64,000 nucleotides of DNA from contig OX597830.1 of NCBI GenBank assembly GCA_951406725.2, positions 32,240,001 through 32,304,000 on the forward strand, read 5' to 3'. Under the pieces are notes generated by a model, which did no database searches, was not told where the DNA came from, and saw nothing but the letters and a program-made list of their open reading frames with translations. The stretch is from Octopus vulgaris (Eukaryota). Each line of letters starts with the position of its first letter. Position 1 is the stretch's first letter. Below are positions 41,374 through 55,067 of the stretch, in pieces. The position numbers and the translations under genes are program-made.

Positions 41374-43271
41374 CTTGACAGCAAAAAATGCAACAAGTAT
41401 GGACTTAGTGGTTAGGGTGTTGGATCCCTGATCGTAAGATGGTGGTTTCGTTTCCCGGACCGAACGACGCGTTGTGCTGTAGAGCAAAACATTTCATTTC
41501 CCCAAAAATGAGTAATCCTGCGACAGACCGGCGTCCCGCCCAGGTGGGGAACATATACTCCATGGAAACCGGAAAACCGGCCCTTATGAGTCCCTTATGA
41601 GTCTCTATGTCTCGAGAAGAAACTTTACATATTTTACTACACCCATATTAAATTAGTTTAGTCGTGATACCCCACTCGTCACTTCGGTGGGCGCTGGGCA
41701 AAACAACTACTTAAAAGTGGAACGCCACTAAAAATGTTAATACTGGTTTATACTTATGCCAAAATTTTGTATCAGAAAGCAGGATTAAAAATGGTGCTGT
41801 TGGTCACTCCTTGGCGTTATTCTTCCAGTGAAAAAGATATATGAACCGAGCCATTGAAGTCGTTATTTTGACAATAACAAATATAATGTATCCATAATGA
41901 GAGGGTATGAATAAACTCTCAATAGTTTTGTTTGTTATATATTATCTTATCCACCACATTATTTTCTATAGTCTGTCTGTCTTTCTCCCATACCCTTAAA
42001 TTCATTCCTGCTAATATACATATTTGAATGTTTATAAAACATCTAAGCTAAACCAACAAAAGGACAATTGTAGCAACGCCCTTATTCTATACTCTTAACC
42101 ATAAATGTCTCACCAAAGGCGCTTGTGTGCAAATTAAAGATAACACGTCTAGATCATGACAGGAAAAGTAAATACGTATTGTAGGAAAATAAATCTACAT
42201 CCAAACATCTATAGCTCACACGTAATAAATCCAGATTTAGAAGGGAGTCTACTTTTTTATCCCAACATATCTGGAAACCTAAAAATAGAGAAAATTAACA
42301 GCGGCCCTATAAACTGGGACTTAGTTACAACCGTAGTTACATCTTCCAGTCAAACAAAAGGGTAAAGTATGCTTGTTTGTAAACAATTAAACTCACTAAT
42401 TCAATGCTGAATTGTATTAAACAAGATCCATAGAGTCCCTAAGTACTTAAAAGATTTTGGTGTTCCCATATACCTGTAATTCAAAATATAAACGATAATA
42501 AACAATAAACCATACAATAAATTTTTATTTTTCAAAATTAAGTAAAACTAACAGTAAGATGAAAAATAATCTTTATCTTTGCGTACTTCCACTTAATTTA
42601 TATTTGAAAACTTCTCTTCCTTTCATTAAATGTAAAGTTTTTGATCAGGTCCTCGCTATGACACCATACACACTGTGAAATTATATTTCCGATCATAAGC
42701 CAGTTCGAATATTATTTTAACAATTTTAAATTGATTTCTTTTGTGCCGGAAACAATTTACTATTTTTGTGGAGTTCTCCATTTCCTTTGATGCCCTAAGC
42801 CACGTGCTTATTTTGCTTAATGTTTAATCCAGGGCTGCCCATTGGTAACTGACAATAATAAGCAGAAGTAGTTCTCTGTATACATCGTCAACGTCGGCTT
42901 TATCTCCTATTCGAGAATTTAATTTCTTCTTTGCTGAACGATTCCTATATGGTGATGGCGTTCATGACTTTGTAGGCCAATTCTTGCATAGAAAAGTCGA
43001 TAGCATTGGTTGATTTAGTCAAACAATTCTCTCCTGTCGTTTGATTTCTGCTTTTTCTCATCTAGAAGCTTCGAAGATTTTGGATCCGATGGTGATGAAA
43101 CACTGCCGCCTAGTAGAGTTTGCTTTTCGTACAAAATTTTGCTATGGTTTCAGATTAGTTTAGTATGAAAACACAAAATTCTGTTAACACACCTGTAATT
43201 TATTAAATAGGACTAACTGCCAAAATCCTGTTCAATATCTAAACGATGTTTTTGGTTATAATAAAGTGCCT

Positions 43272-43667
43272 GGTAATCATTTCTACTAAAGGCACAAGGC
43301 CTGAAATTCGAGGGAGCGGACTTAGTCACTTACCCCAGTGTTTCACTGGTACTTAATTTATCAACCCCAAAGGATTAAAGGCAAAGTTGACCTCGGCGGA
43401 ATTTGAATTCAAAACGTAGCGATAGGCGAAATACCTATTTCTTTACTACCCACAAGGGGCTAAACACAGAGAGGACAAACACGGACAGACAAACGGATTA
43501 AGTCGATTATATCGACCCCAGTGCGTAACTGGTACTTATTTAATCGACCCCGAAAGGATAAAAGGCAAAGTCGACCTCCGCGGAATTTGAACTCACAACG
43601 TAACGGCAGGCGAAATGCCGCTAAGCATTTCACCCGGCGTGCTAACGTTTCTGCCAGCTCGCCGCCT
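43272..43667 (-). mobile_element. Dimeric SINE family A with 10-bp TSD
   Basis: TAAAGTGCCT at 43262-43271 and again from about 43668. Confidence 0.88.
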
Positions 43668-43681
43668 TAAAGTGCCTAATA

Positions 43682-44552
43682 TGAGGTCCGATCAATAAGT
43701 ATCCGGACTGTTGTCATAGTAACGAAGCTAAAGCCTGCTGACTGAAGCCGCTTGGCTCAGGTTGATCTTGAACTCTGCTGTGCATGCGAACTAAGTTTTA
43801 CCGTGCCAGTGCTTGGAAGGAAGGTGTGTAGCGTGTGACCGTCGCATTGATCATGATGGTCATCGCGATACCTGCCTCATGGCGATACCTGCTCAGAGGC
43901 CAATGCAAAGTTGCAGAATGTGTATGGAGAAGAGTGTATAAGCCGCACACAGGTGTACGAGTGGTTCAGACGTTTCCAAGATGGTCGAAAATAAGTTGAT
44001 ACTGACGAACTTTCTGGGAGACCCGCAACCAGCAGAACTGAGAAAAACATAGCAGATGTGCGTGCAGCTTTGAGAAGAAATCGTTGAATCACTATCCGAG
44101 AGTTATCAGAGGACGTGCAGATAAGTTACGGTTCAGTTCAGTCCATTATCACTGAAGATTTGGGTATGAGACACGTGTCTGCCAAGTTTGTGCCAAAACT
44201 GCTTTCAGCTGACCAAAATGACACTCGTGTTTCAGTTGCACAAGATCTTGATTGTGTCGAGAACGATGAAAACCTCTTTGAAAACTTTGCATAAGCCTCT
44301 GAGCAGGTATCACCAAGTTTTCGCAAAATTTGACGAAGATTCTCTGCTCAACTTTCTCTGTCATGGTCACTGTGACGTACCTTAATTCCAAGCACTGCCG
44401 TAAACAGCAGAAGTGAGTTAGAACGTTAAAACTTAGTGCGCTTGCACAGCAGAGTTCAAGGTCAATCAGAGTTCAAGGTCAAGTGGCTTTACTCTGTATG
44501 CTTTAGCTTCGTTACTATGGCAACAGTCTGGATACTTATTGATCACACCATG
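43682..44552. mobile_element. Mariner derivative with two inverted 5' ends
   Basis: TA-flanked GATCAATAAGTATCC(G/A)GACTGTTG TIRs; + strand GDTCSEA..RTQVYEWFRRFQDGR..SGRP..AKFVPKLL; - strand MTEKVEQRIFVKFC..GDTCSEAYAK. Confidence 0.9.
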
Positions 44553-45359
44553 TAATAGCTAATAAAATTGGCTGTATATCAAGGCGGCGAGCTGGCAGAA
44601 TCGTTAGCACACCGGACGAAATGCTTTGCAGCATTTTATCCGTCTTAACGTTCTGAGTTCAAATTCCACCGAGGTCGACTTTGCCTTTCAGCCCGTCGAG
44701 GTCGATGAAATAAAAGTAACAGTTGAGCACTTGGATTGCTGTAATTGACTGGCTCCCTTTCTCCGAACTTGCTGGTTACCCAGTAGCATCGCAAGCGATT
44801 GCGGACGAGCTGCGTGATTAAGAACTTCGCTTTGCAATTACGTGGCTGCAAGTTCAGTCCCACTGCGTGACACCTTGGACTCAGTAAAGTCCTGTGAATG
44901 GGTTTAGTAGACAGAATCTGTGTGGAAACCCGTCGTACATGAATAGGTGTGCGTGGTGATTTGTGTTTCTATTTGTCCCCTACCACCATTTAACAACCGG
45001 TGTTGGTTTGTTTACGACCCCGTAATTTAGTGGTTCGGCAAAAGAGATCACTAGAAGAAATATCAAACTTTAAAAATACTGCGGTCGATTTGTTTGACTA
45101 AAAGTTCTTCAAGGCGGTGCCCCAGCGTGGCCGCAGTCCAATGACTGAAACGTGTAAAATGTAAACGAGAAAAGCTAGTCCGGTCGAGCCTATATTTTTT
45201 TCTGCCCACCATGAATTGTCTAAGAATGACAGCAATTTATAACTATCCAATGTGATTAATTAATTTTAATTAGTTTACGGATGCAGTTGACAGCTAAAAT
45301 CACTGGATTCGAGTCATGGTAAAAGCGTGTATGTATGTGTGCGTATACTACGTAAAGAG

Positions 45360-45397
<38 letters not shown>

Positions 45398-45480
45398 ATA
45401 TGTATGTATGTGTGAGTGAGAGTGTGTAGTATGTATACACGCACACAATCGTACACACATGTACACAGATACACACACAC

Positions 45481-45527
<47 letters not shown>

Positions 45528-45579
45528 TAGAGAGAGAGGGAAAGAGAAATACGTATACATAATATACATATATGTATGT

Positions 45580-45743
45580 ATGCATGTATGTAAGTATGTA
45601 TGTAGGTAGGTATGTAGGTAGGTAGGTAGGTAGGTAGGTAGGTAGGTAGGTAGGTAGGTAGGTAGGTAGGTAGGTAGGTAGGTAGGTAGGTAGGTAGGTT
45701 GGTTGGTTGGTTGGTTGGTTGGTTGGTTGGTTGGTTGGTTGGT
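45580..45743. repeat. (TAGG)n(TTGG)n
   Basis: Direct reading. Confidence 0.95.
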
Positions 45744-46214
45744 ATTTTGTGTTGAAACTTCAAATTTTGTACTTCTCAGTATCATGCCTCCGATTCTCGG
45801 ACGAAATCTGCATAATCACAGAGGAGGCTGCTAAAAGGAACGTCCTGGAAGCAAAATAAAAAAAAAAAAAAAACGAAAAGGGGGTCATTTTAATTGAACA
45901 CAAGTGTCGGTATAAAATAGAATAAACAAAAATATTTGATTATATTGTTTTATTCGTTCACTTGTTTCACTTATATGACTGTGGTCATACTGGGACACTA
46001 CCTTGAAGTGTTTTGGTCGAACAAATCGACCCACGCTTTTTTTTATAAGCCTAGTACTTATTCTATCGTCCATTTTGCCGAATCGCTAAGTAACAGGGAC
46101 ATAAACACACCAACACCGATTGTCAAATACTGATGAGGAAGCGACAAACACAGACACTAAAACACACACACAGATACTCGTATACATATATATGCATATA
46201 TATGTGTGTGTATG

Positions 46215-46246
<32 letters not shown>

Positions 46247-46249
46247 TAT

Positions 46250-46339
<90 letters not shown>

Positions 46340-46340
<1 letters not shown>

Positions 46341-47047
46341 GTTTGGATTTCATTTTTTTTTGTAAGTGTCCACGCTGTTTTTTCATATAAAAGGACTGAC
46401 TCTGCTGCTGCACAGAAAAAATACCTCTTAAGTTTATCTGACAAGTTTTATTTCCAGACAACATCCAATTTGTTTAGGGCCCACCATGCTTTGACTGTCT
46501 GAGTTTTTACGTCCTTTCCAGTTGAGGCTACCTCAGAACCGAGGTACATAAAATCTTTAACTTGACTGAAGAGATCTTCGCTAATGTTGGGGATAGAACT
46601 TTACTGATTGTGAGCAATGAATTTAGTTTAACTAGAATTAACAAGTAGTCCAACATCGTGTGCAGCGAATTCTAGACTACGATGTGATTGAGTGTCGTTT
46701 AACGTTGTGTCAGAAAGCATGCTTAAATCATCAGTGTAGTCTATATTAGTTATTTTACTTAGCTGGATGGAGATCTGCTTGTTTCCACCATTATAAGGGA
46801 AAGGCGCATGCTCTTTCCAGGACATTAGAGGCGAGTCAAACAAGAGCCGACAAGTAGTCTACTGCTATGGATACCAATGCATGGTCGTACTCAAGCAGCT
46901 CGTCTGAACACAACGTATGTACATCAACTCACCAGAGACACTAGATGCCCCATGAAAACCTCCCTCAACTAATACAGGACCGAGATGGGCAGTGTGCGCG
47001 GGTTAACAATATCCGAGCAAATTCGACCAGATGCCAACGACGATGAT
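46340..47047. mobile_element. RTE-like LINE fragment with inverted 5' part
   Basis: Minus 46340-46790: [34 protein letters not shown]. Plus 46805-47047: LLWIPMHGRTQAARLNTTYVHQL, with a GAT-like tail. Confidence 0.75.
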
Positions 47048-47087
47048 TTCTTATTTTTTAAAGTTTTCTTTCATTTTTATTCTGAGT

Positions 47088-47468
47088 GCAGGAGTAGCTG
47101 TGTGGTAAGTAACTTGCTTACCAACCGCATGGTTCTGTCCCACTGCGTGGCACCATGGGCAATTGTCTTCTACTATAGCCTCGGGGCGACCAAAGCATTG
47201 TGAGTGGATTTGGTAGACGAAAAGAATCCCGTCGTATATATATGTATGAGTGTGTATATGTTTGTGTTTGTGTGTCAGTGTTTGTCCCCCAACATCACTT
47301 GACAACCGATGCTGGTGTGTTTGCGTCCCCGTAAATTAGCGGTTCGGCAAAATAGACCGATAAAATAAGTACTAGGCTTACAAAGAATAAATCCTGGGGT
47401 CGATTTGCTCGACTAAAGGCGATGCTCCAGCTTGTCCGCAATTTGAAACAAGTTAAAGAGTAAAAGAG
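47088..47468 (+). mobile_element. SINE family B
   Basis: Conserved motifs. Confidence 0.85.
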
Positions 47469-47959
47469 TCTATGCCTTTGTTGTGTGGTCCTCAAAAGAA
47501 TCCTTACAGTGGACAGCATTGTAAATGGTTTTAGCAACAGTGTTATGTCTCGTAAGCAATACCTTGCGGGCATTCTGGACAGCTGATGACGATATGGATG
47601 ATATCTGCTGTATTTCAACAATCGAAATTCAGGCTAAGAGACATCCTTATCTCTCTCATTGATGAAAAATCTAGTAGCTATCTCCTGTTTCTGGCAAGCA
47701 AAGAGGAAACCTTTCTCGGTGAGATGTGATGTATCTATCAGTGGTTTGGGAGAAGATACTCTTCCTATCATTGTGTATATGTATGCATATATGTACGTAT
47801 GGAGGTACGAACGTATGCTTGTATGTACGTACGTATGCATGCATGTATGTATGTATGTATGTAGGTAGGTAGGTAGGCTCTCATAGCTTTTAGAAAATTG
47901 AACATTGCCTTTGTATGAGGTTTGCTACAAGAATGTTGGCGTAAAATCTCTCTCTCTAT

Positions 47960-47965
47960 CATACG

Positions 47966-47997
<32 letters not shown>

Positions 47998-48022
47998 CGT
48001 ATATATATATATATATATATAC

Positions 48023-48072
<50 letters not shown>

Positions 48073-48507
48073 ATATATATGTATGTATGGATATATATGT
48101 ATATATATATATATGTATACACATATGTATATATGTATATGCATATGTATATATGTATGCATATACGTATGCATATGTGTATATATGTATGCATATATGT
48201 ATATATGTATGCATATATGTACATATGTATGTAGAGACAGAAAGACAGACAGACAGATATATATATATATAAATAGATAGATAGGTAGGTAGGTAGGTAG
48301 GTAGGTAGGTAGGTAGGTAAGTAAGTAAGTAGGTAGGTAGATAGGCAGGTAGGTAGGTAGGTAGGTAGGTAGGTAGGTAGGTAGGTAGGTAGGTAGGTAG
48401 GTAGGTAGGTAGGTAGGTAGGTAGGTAGGTAGGTAGGTAGGTAGGTAGGTAGGATAGGTAGGTAGGTAGGTAGGTAGGTAGGTAGGTAGGTAGGTAGGTA
48501 GGTAGGT
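47960..48507. repeat. (TA)n then (TAGG)n arrays
   Basis: Direct reading. Confidence 0.95.
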
Positions 48508-49163
48508 TTTGAACATAGGAGATTACGATTTCCTGCAAATAAAAACATTTAAAAAATTTCAATTTGTTTTCGTTCTACGCACTTCTCCATTGGAGAGCGT
48601 TTTCACGGCGGTAACGTTTTCAGTTCTGGAATGTTCTCTTTGAAAATTTTTTCACAATTATATTTCAAACATAGCAGATTAGGATACAAAACACAATATA
48701 TAATTTTAAAAAACTAACAATAAAATTAGGTTCAAGCATCACTGGAGTGAAATTTTAGCGAGTAGGATTCAGATTTCAGCGCTTGGGGTTTAGGGTGTCA
48801 AGTTTAGTTAGGGTCACCATTCGGGTTTAGGGTTAAACGAAAGAACGAGATTCAAAACACTTAGATTGAAAAAAAGCTATCTTTTATTGATTCATTTTTT
48901 AACGAATTTATTTATTTATTTATTTATTCATTTATCTATTCCAGAAACGTAATCTGTTTAAAACAGAAGTTCAAAGAACCTTTCTCAAAAGCAGAAAAAT
49001 GAAATGTAATACGGTTTACTTCGTCTGATACTCGGTCTGTTGTTTGTCCAAAGGTTTTCTATACTTTAAGTAAATTACATAGTGACTGTAAGGTTAAACC
49101 TTCAGTCAGGACAACGCCGGGTACTTCGGTAAGTTTATATGTGTGTGTGTGTGTATATGTATA

Positions 49164-49194
<31 letters not shown>

Positions 49195-49431
49195 ATATAA
49201 GCATTTATGTGTGTAAATGTATGTCTGTAAATGTATGTGTATACGTTGATAATACTATAGGAGTTACTTTGGACACCGACAGTTTCGTTCAAAGCACTTT
49301 ATACGTAAACGTATTTATGTGTTATGTATGGTTGTACACACACAGACACACACACATGCATGTATTTATGTATCTATGCATATTTCTACACACACACATA
49401 TGTATGTTTGTATATATATATGGATATATAA

Positions 49432-49485
<54 letters not shown>

Positions 49486-49536
49486 TGTATGAATGTATGT
49501 ATGCACCTATGTATATTATATATATAGGTGTATGTG

Positions 49537-49567
<31 letters not shown>

Positions 49568-49711
49568 CGTATATATATAATCTTATACTTATGGATGCAT
49601 ATATATCATATGTATATGTATATATATATATATATATATACATATATATACATATATATCTAATATGTATGTATATATGTATATTTTATATATGTGTGTG
49701 TGTTATATATA

Positions 49712-50096
49712 GGTGCAGAAGTGGCTGTGTGGTAAGTAGCTTGCTAACCAACCACATGGTCCCGGGTTCAGTCCAACTGCGTGGCACCTAGGGCAAGTAT
49801 CTTCTACTATAGCCTCGGGCCGACCAAAGCTTGTGAGTGGATTTGGTAGACGGAAACTGAAAGAAGCCCGTCGTATATATGTATATATGTGTTTGTGTGT
49901 CTGTGTTTGTCCCCCTAGCATTGCTTGAAAACCGATGCTGGTGTGTTTGTGTCCCCGTAACTTAGCGGTTCGGCAAAAGAGACCGATACAATAAGTACTG
50001 GGCTTACAAAAGAATAAGTCCCGGGGTCGAGTTGCTCGATTAAAGGCGGTGCTCCAGCATGGCCGCAGTCAAATGACTGAAACAAGTAAAAGAGTA
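49712..50096 (+). mobile_element. SINE family B, full length
   Basis: Conserved motifs. Confidence 0.9.
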
Positions 50097-50163
50097 ATAG
50101 GTGTATATATATACGTATATATATAATCTTATACGTATGGATGCATATATATTATATGTATAA

Positions 50164-50212
<49 letters not shown>

Positions 50213-50276
50213 TATCTAATATGTATTTATATATGTATATTTTATATATATATATATACATAGCTATCTATCTATT

Positions 50277-50311
<35 letters not shown>

Positions 50312-50868
50312 ATGTGTGTGTGTGTATGTGTGTATGTATGTATGCATGTGTGACAGTGTGCATTACTTTGCTACGTCCATTTTTTATTCTTTTTCCTTGC
50401 TTATCCCTCTCACTCCCACTCTGTCTAACTCTCTCACCTCCCTCTCTCTCTCTCTTTTTCTGTGTCTACTTTCAAATTATTCATATTCTTCAATGCACTT
50501 TAACCAATATTTATTATATATGTATATACTCTACACTATTCTTTTATTATAACCTCATTTTTTTTTTACTATTTTATTTCTTTATGCATTTATCTGTTTG
50601 TATTCTTATTTCGTTATTTCCGCCCCCCCCCCCATTCTTCATACTTCATCTAATTTCATTTATTTCTTTCAATGTATTTCATTTCAGCACATCACAGAAA
50701 TATTAAGTACACGTATATATATATATATGCTTGTATGTGTGTGTAGATATATATTTATATATATGTGTATATATATATATACATATATACATATACATAC
50801 ATATATATATATGTATATATCTAGATATATATATATATATGTGTATATATATATAAACATATATACAT

Positions 50869-50966
<98 letters not shown>

Positions 50967-51518
50967 TTATATGTATATATATATACATATATGTATGTAT
51001 TGCATCTATCCCTCTATGTATATATGTGTGTATGTGTGTATGTATATATGTATATGTATACACACACACAAACCAATAGAATGGCTACAAATATTTTTCA
51101 TGCATTTTTTTTCTCCATCCTTCATTTTGCTTTAAATGTTTGTTACTTGTAATTTTTTCAGGGGATCTTTTTTTTTTTTTATGGCAACTGTCTTCATCAT
51201 CTTTTTATCTTTTTTGTGTTTTTTTTGCAAAATAGACGGTGGGAGAGGAATATTTCATTTATTTATGTGTAGTAGCTGTAGTTGTTTTTGTTGTTGCTTC
51301 TGCTGTTGTTGTTGTGCTTGTTGTTGTTTTTTAAGTCTTTTCATTGCTTTTAAGAGTTTATTTAAGAAGTAAATGAAGACTGCAACTGAATTGTGTGAAG
51401 GTAGAGATTAACTTTCTTCCAAGACCTTTTTCTTTTTAATGGAACCGTGCTCCCTGAAGACTTGGTTCTTCTTATCTCTATATATCTGTACCTATGCTTA
51501 TGTAAGTAAAGTATATAC

Positions 51519-51571
<53 letters not shown>

Positions 51572-52003
51572 CATACATATACACATATATATATATACAT
51601 ATATATATACATACATATACACATATATATATACAAATATATATATATACATATATATATACATATATACAAACATATATATATACATATATATACATAC
51701 ATACAAACATATATATATGTATGTATGTATGTATATGAATGTATATGTATATATATGTGTGTGTATGTTGTGTACTCATATGCATATGTGTAAATTTGCA
51801 TACATCTGCAATGCATGTCTATGTGACTCTGTGTGGTGACCGTGCTTATGTGTCAATGTGAGTGTGAGCATGAGTGAATATTTTACTCAGAGAAAGGTAA
51901 GAGCAAAAGGAACGCATCGCTATAAGTATATATACATATATGTGTGTGCATGATTATATACATTATACACATATATACATATATGTATATGTATATGTGT
52001 GTG

Positions 52004-52047
<44 letters not shown>

Positions 52048-52206
52048 TACACATACAAACATATATACAAAACGTATAGATATATATGTATATATGCATA
52101 TACACACACATATGTATGCATGTTCATATGTACATTTACATACACAAATACATGTATGCATATATTGTAATAAAACAAAAATGTTAATATATTGGGGTTC
52201 AGGGTA

Positions 52207-52252
<46 letters not shown>

Positions 52253-52345
52253 ATGTGTATATGTTTGTGTGTATATATATATATATATCTATGTATGTAT
52301 ATAAATATACACAAATTCACATATATACACACACATATACACACT

Positions 52346-52393
<48 letters not shown>

Positions 52394-52767
52394 CATATAT
52401 ATATTCCTTCCTGACTTCTCATTTGTGCATGTTTTTAATATAGTCTTGTTATCGTTGTTCTTCGTGTTGTTCTTGCTGTTATTCGTTGTTGGTGATTTCT
52501 CAAAGACTCGGCTACTATGAATGAACCTGTCAATGATTTATCTTCTGCCTTGCAAGGATTAATTCCATTACCAAACCTCTGTGGCATAGCGTTGATGGCT
52601 TTCTTGGAGAACTTCTGACATGAGCAGAATTCTTCAGGAGTAGTATCTTTTCTTCATGGCACTACAGTGCTTACAGAACCTCCATCTAATCTACTTAATC
52701 CCTCGTCATAAACACACACACATGCTTATATGGACACATACAAACACATGGACTCATACAAATACCT

Positions 52768-52806
<39 letters not shown>

Positions 52807-53009
52807 CCTTCATATATATTATCCCATACAAATTTCTATATGTATGAATATCTATCTATCTATATTTATATATATATATAGAGAGAGAGACTCACACAAA
52901 CACACACACACTTACATATAAAGGTATAAAGATACACACTCTGACAGATATATACCGTATACCAATATGCATTGAATATTATTTATCTACTTACCTATGT
53001 ATCTAACAA

Positions 53010-53046
<37 letters not shown>

Positions 53047-53079
53047 GTATATCTATATATATGCATTTATATACTTATG

Positions 53080-53111
<32 letters not shown>

Positions 53112-53135
53112 TAGATAGATAGATAGATAGATATT

Positions 53136-53166
<31 letters not shown>

Positions 53167-53237
53167 TTATAGTTATGTATATATAAATATATATATATGT
53201 ATATGTATGTACGTATGTATGTATGTATGTATGTATG

Positions 53238-53268
<31 letters not shown>

Positions 53269-53369
53269 CTCTTACTAAAGGTGTCAAGTGCCTTTTTCTT
53301 TCATTTGTCCATTTGCTCATATGAACATCTATATACATGCATTTTCCCTGAAACTCACATATATCGATG

Positions 53370-53414
<45 letters not shown>

Positions 53415-53437
53415 ATGCTTACATACATATTTACATA

Positions 53438-54324
53438 CGAGGGGGTACCCAAGGGTAACTGTAAACGTTCTCTGTGGGACAAGCCCATTGTAGTTCAGCC
53501 TTCTGCCACCAGAAGCCACTTGATGCAACCTGATTTATGTCATTCAACCGGCAGTGTCCTCTGAATTTGTCCTACCATGTTGTGTATCTTTGTTTTGCAA
53601 TGCTTCTTCCCTGTTCGTCGATTTTGGCAATGGCTGAAATGAAAGAACAGCATGCTTCCATGAAATTCTGTTAACTGCTGGCGAAAATGGTGTCTGAAAC
53701 AATTGTCATGCTTCAAACAGCTACAAGGACGCTGGCTTGAGCAAAATACAAGTTTACGAGTGCTTTTTATGCTCTAGGAATAATCACTTATTACTTGAAG
53801 ACCAGCCTCGTTCAGGATGACTGCCGACTACCCAAACAAATGAAAACTTCATGAAAATTCATGAACTGATCTGAGATACTGTCTCTGAACAATTGACGAA
53901 CTTGTTGATATGGCTGATATGCCCTGAAGCTCCTGCCAACGAATTTTGAGTGAGGAATGGCAAATGAAAATAGATGCAGCAAAATTTGTACCTTTGCTTG
54001 CTCGTAGAATATCAACAGCAGTCACATGAACTAAAAGAACAGTTTGAAGTTGAGCTGGACCTTTTTGCGAAAATCATCACTGGTGACGAAAGCTGGTGTT
54101 ACAGAATTTGCAGATGTGAAAGAGGCGAAGAAAAAAGTGACAGAGGTGTTAAAAGGCATCACTTTGCAAGAGTTCCAGCACTGCTCCCAACAGTGGGAAA
54201 TGCACACCTGAACCGATGCATTGCTTCGAATAGAGAATAGTTAGAAGGCAATAAAAGTGTAAACATGCAAAGCTAAGTGAATAAAATAATATTACAAAAT
54301 GCCGGTTTCTTTTGGGTACTCACT

Positions 54325-54326
<2 letters not shown>
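53438..54326 (+). mobile_element. Internally deleted mariner
   Basis: TA|CGAGGGGGTACCCAA ... TTGGGTACTCACTCC|TA; MAEMKEQHASMKFC, QVYE, DQPRSG, KFVP, IITGDESWCY, then jumps to the C-terminal RFADV..FQHC. Confidence 0.88.
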
Positions 54327-54380
<54 letters not shown>

Positions 54381-54391
54381 TATATATATAT

Positions 54392-54603
54392 ATCACCTTG
54401 ATCACCTTGACCGACCAGTCCGTCAGGCGTCCATTTGACACAGCTGGTCACAGCACGCTGTCCACTCCTCTCTGGATCGCGCCTTTCTCATCCACGTGAT
54501 CCCAATCGTCCTCCTGAAATCGTAACTCCACCGTCCTGGAAGCCTTCCGGATGGTCGTTTCCGCTCGCGCGGGTACCACTCGACAATTGCGCGGGTCCAC
54601 CGA
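54392..54603 (-). mobile_element. 3' end of an RTE-like LINE
   Basis: RWTRAIVEWYPRERKRPSGRLPGRW..WMRKARSREEW...* followed by a TCAAGGTGA repeat tail. Confidence 0.8.
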
Positions 54604-54619
54604 TTATTATATATATATA

Positions 54620-55067
54620 ATTTTTTTTTCGTAATGAGATAAAAAAAAACAAGGCTGTGTAGATATTAGAACATTTATAGATAGAAGCTCTTGCAGCTAT
54701 TTCCAGGATATATATTATATCCCTTCATCAGAGACGGTGTGAAAGGATGGTTAAGAAATAGTTAATTTAGATAATATATAAAATAGAGAGTGAGATGGAA
54801 GAAATAAAATATATTTGTATACCATTCTAACTAAAAAGATGGATCTACAAATGCAATATCCCTACATATCTCACATCTATTTTCTTTTATTTCCTCCACC
54901 TCACTCTCTATTTTATATCTTATCTAATTAACTATTTCTTAACCCTCCTCTCACACCATCTCCGATGAAGGGATATAATATATATCCTGGAAACAGCTGT
55001 AAGACCTTCTATCTCTAAATATTCTAAAATCTACACAGCCTTGGTTTTTATCTCATTACGAAAAAAT
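54620..55067. mobile_element. Inverted-repeat cassette with a hammerhead in each arm (Penelope pLTR-like)
   Basis: ~190-bp inverted arms; TCT-C(T/C)GATGA-AGGGATATAATATATATCCTG-GAAA-(C/T)AGCTG-(TA/CA)-AGA. Confidence 0.8.

Noticed and set aside
42085-42400. Possible L1-type endonuclease N-terminus
   Set aside because: Only faint motif resemblance with many stops; not supportable by eye.
47578-47640. CTGATGA...GAAA hammerhead candidates (also near 10186 and 47660)
   Set aside because: Stems I and III and the NUH triplet cannot be formed convincingly.
48780-48840. Interstitial telomeric repeat
   Set aside because: Only a few scattered, degenerate TTAGGG units; more likely subterminal repeats of a decayed DNA element.
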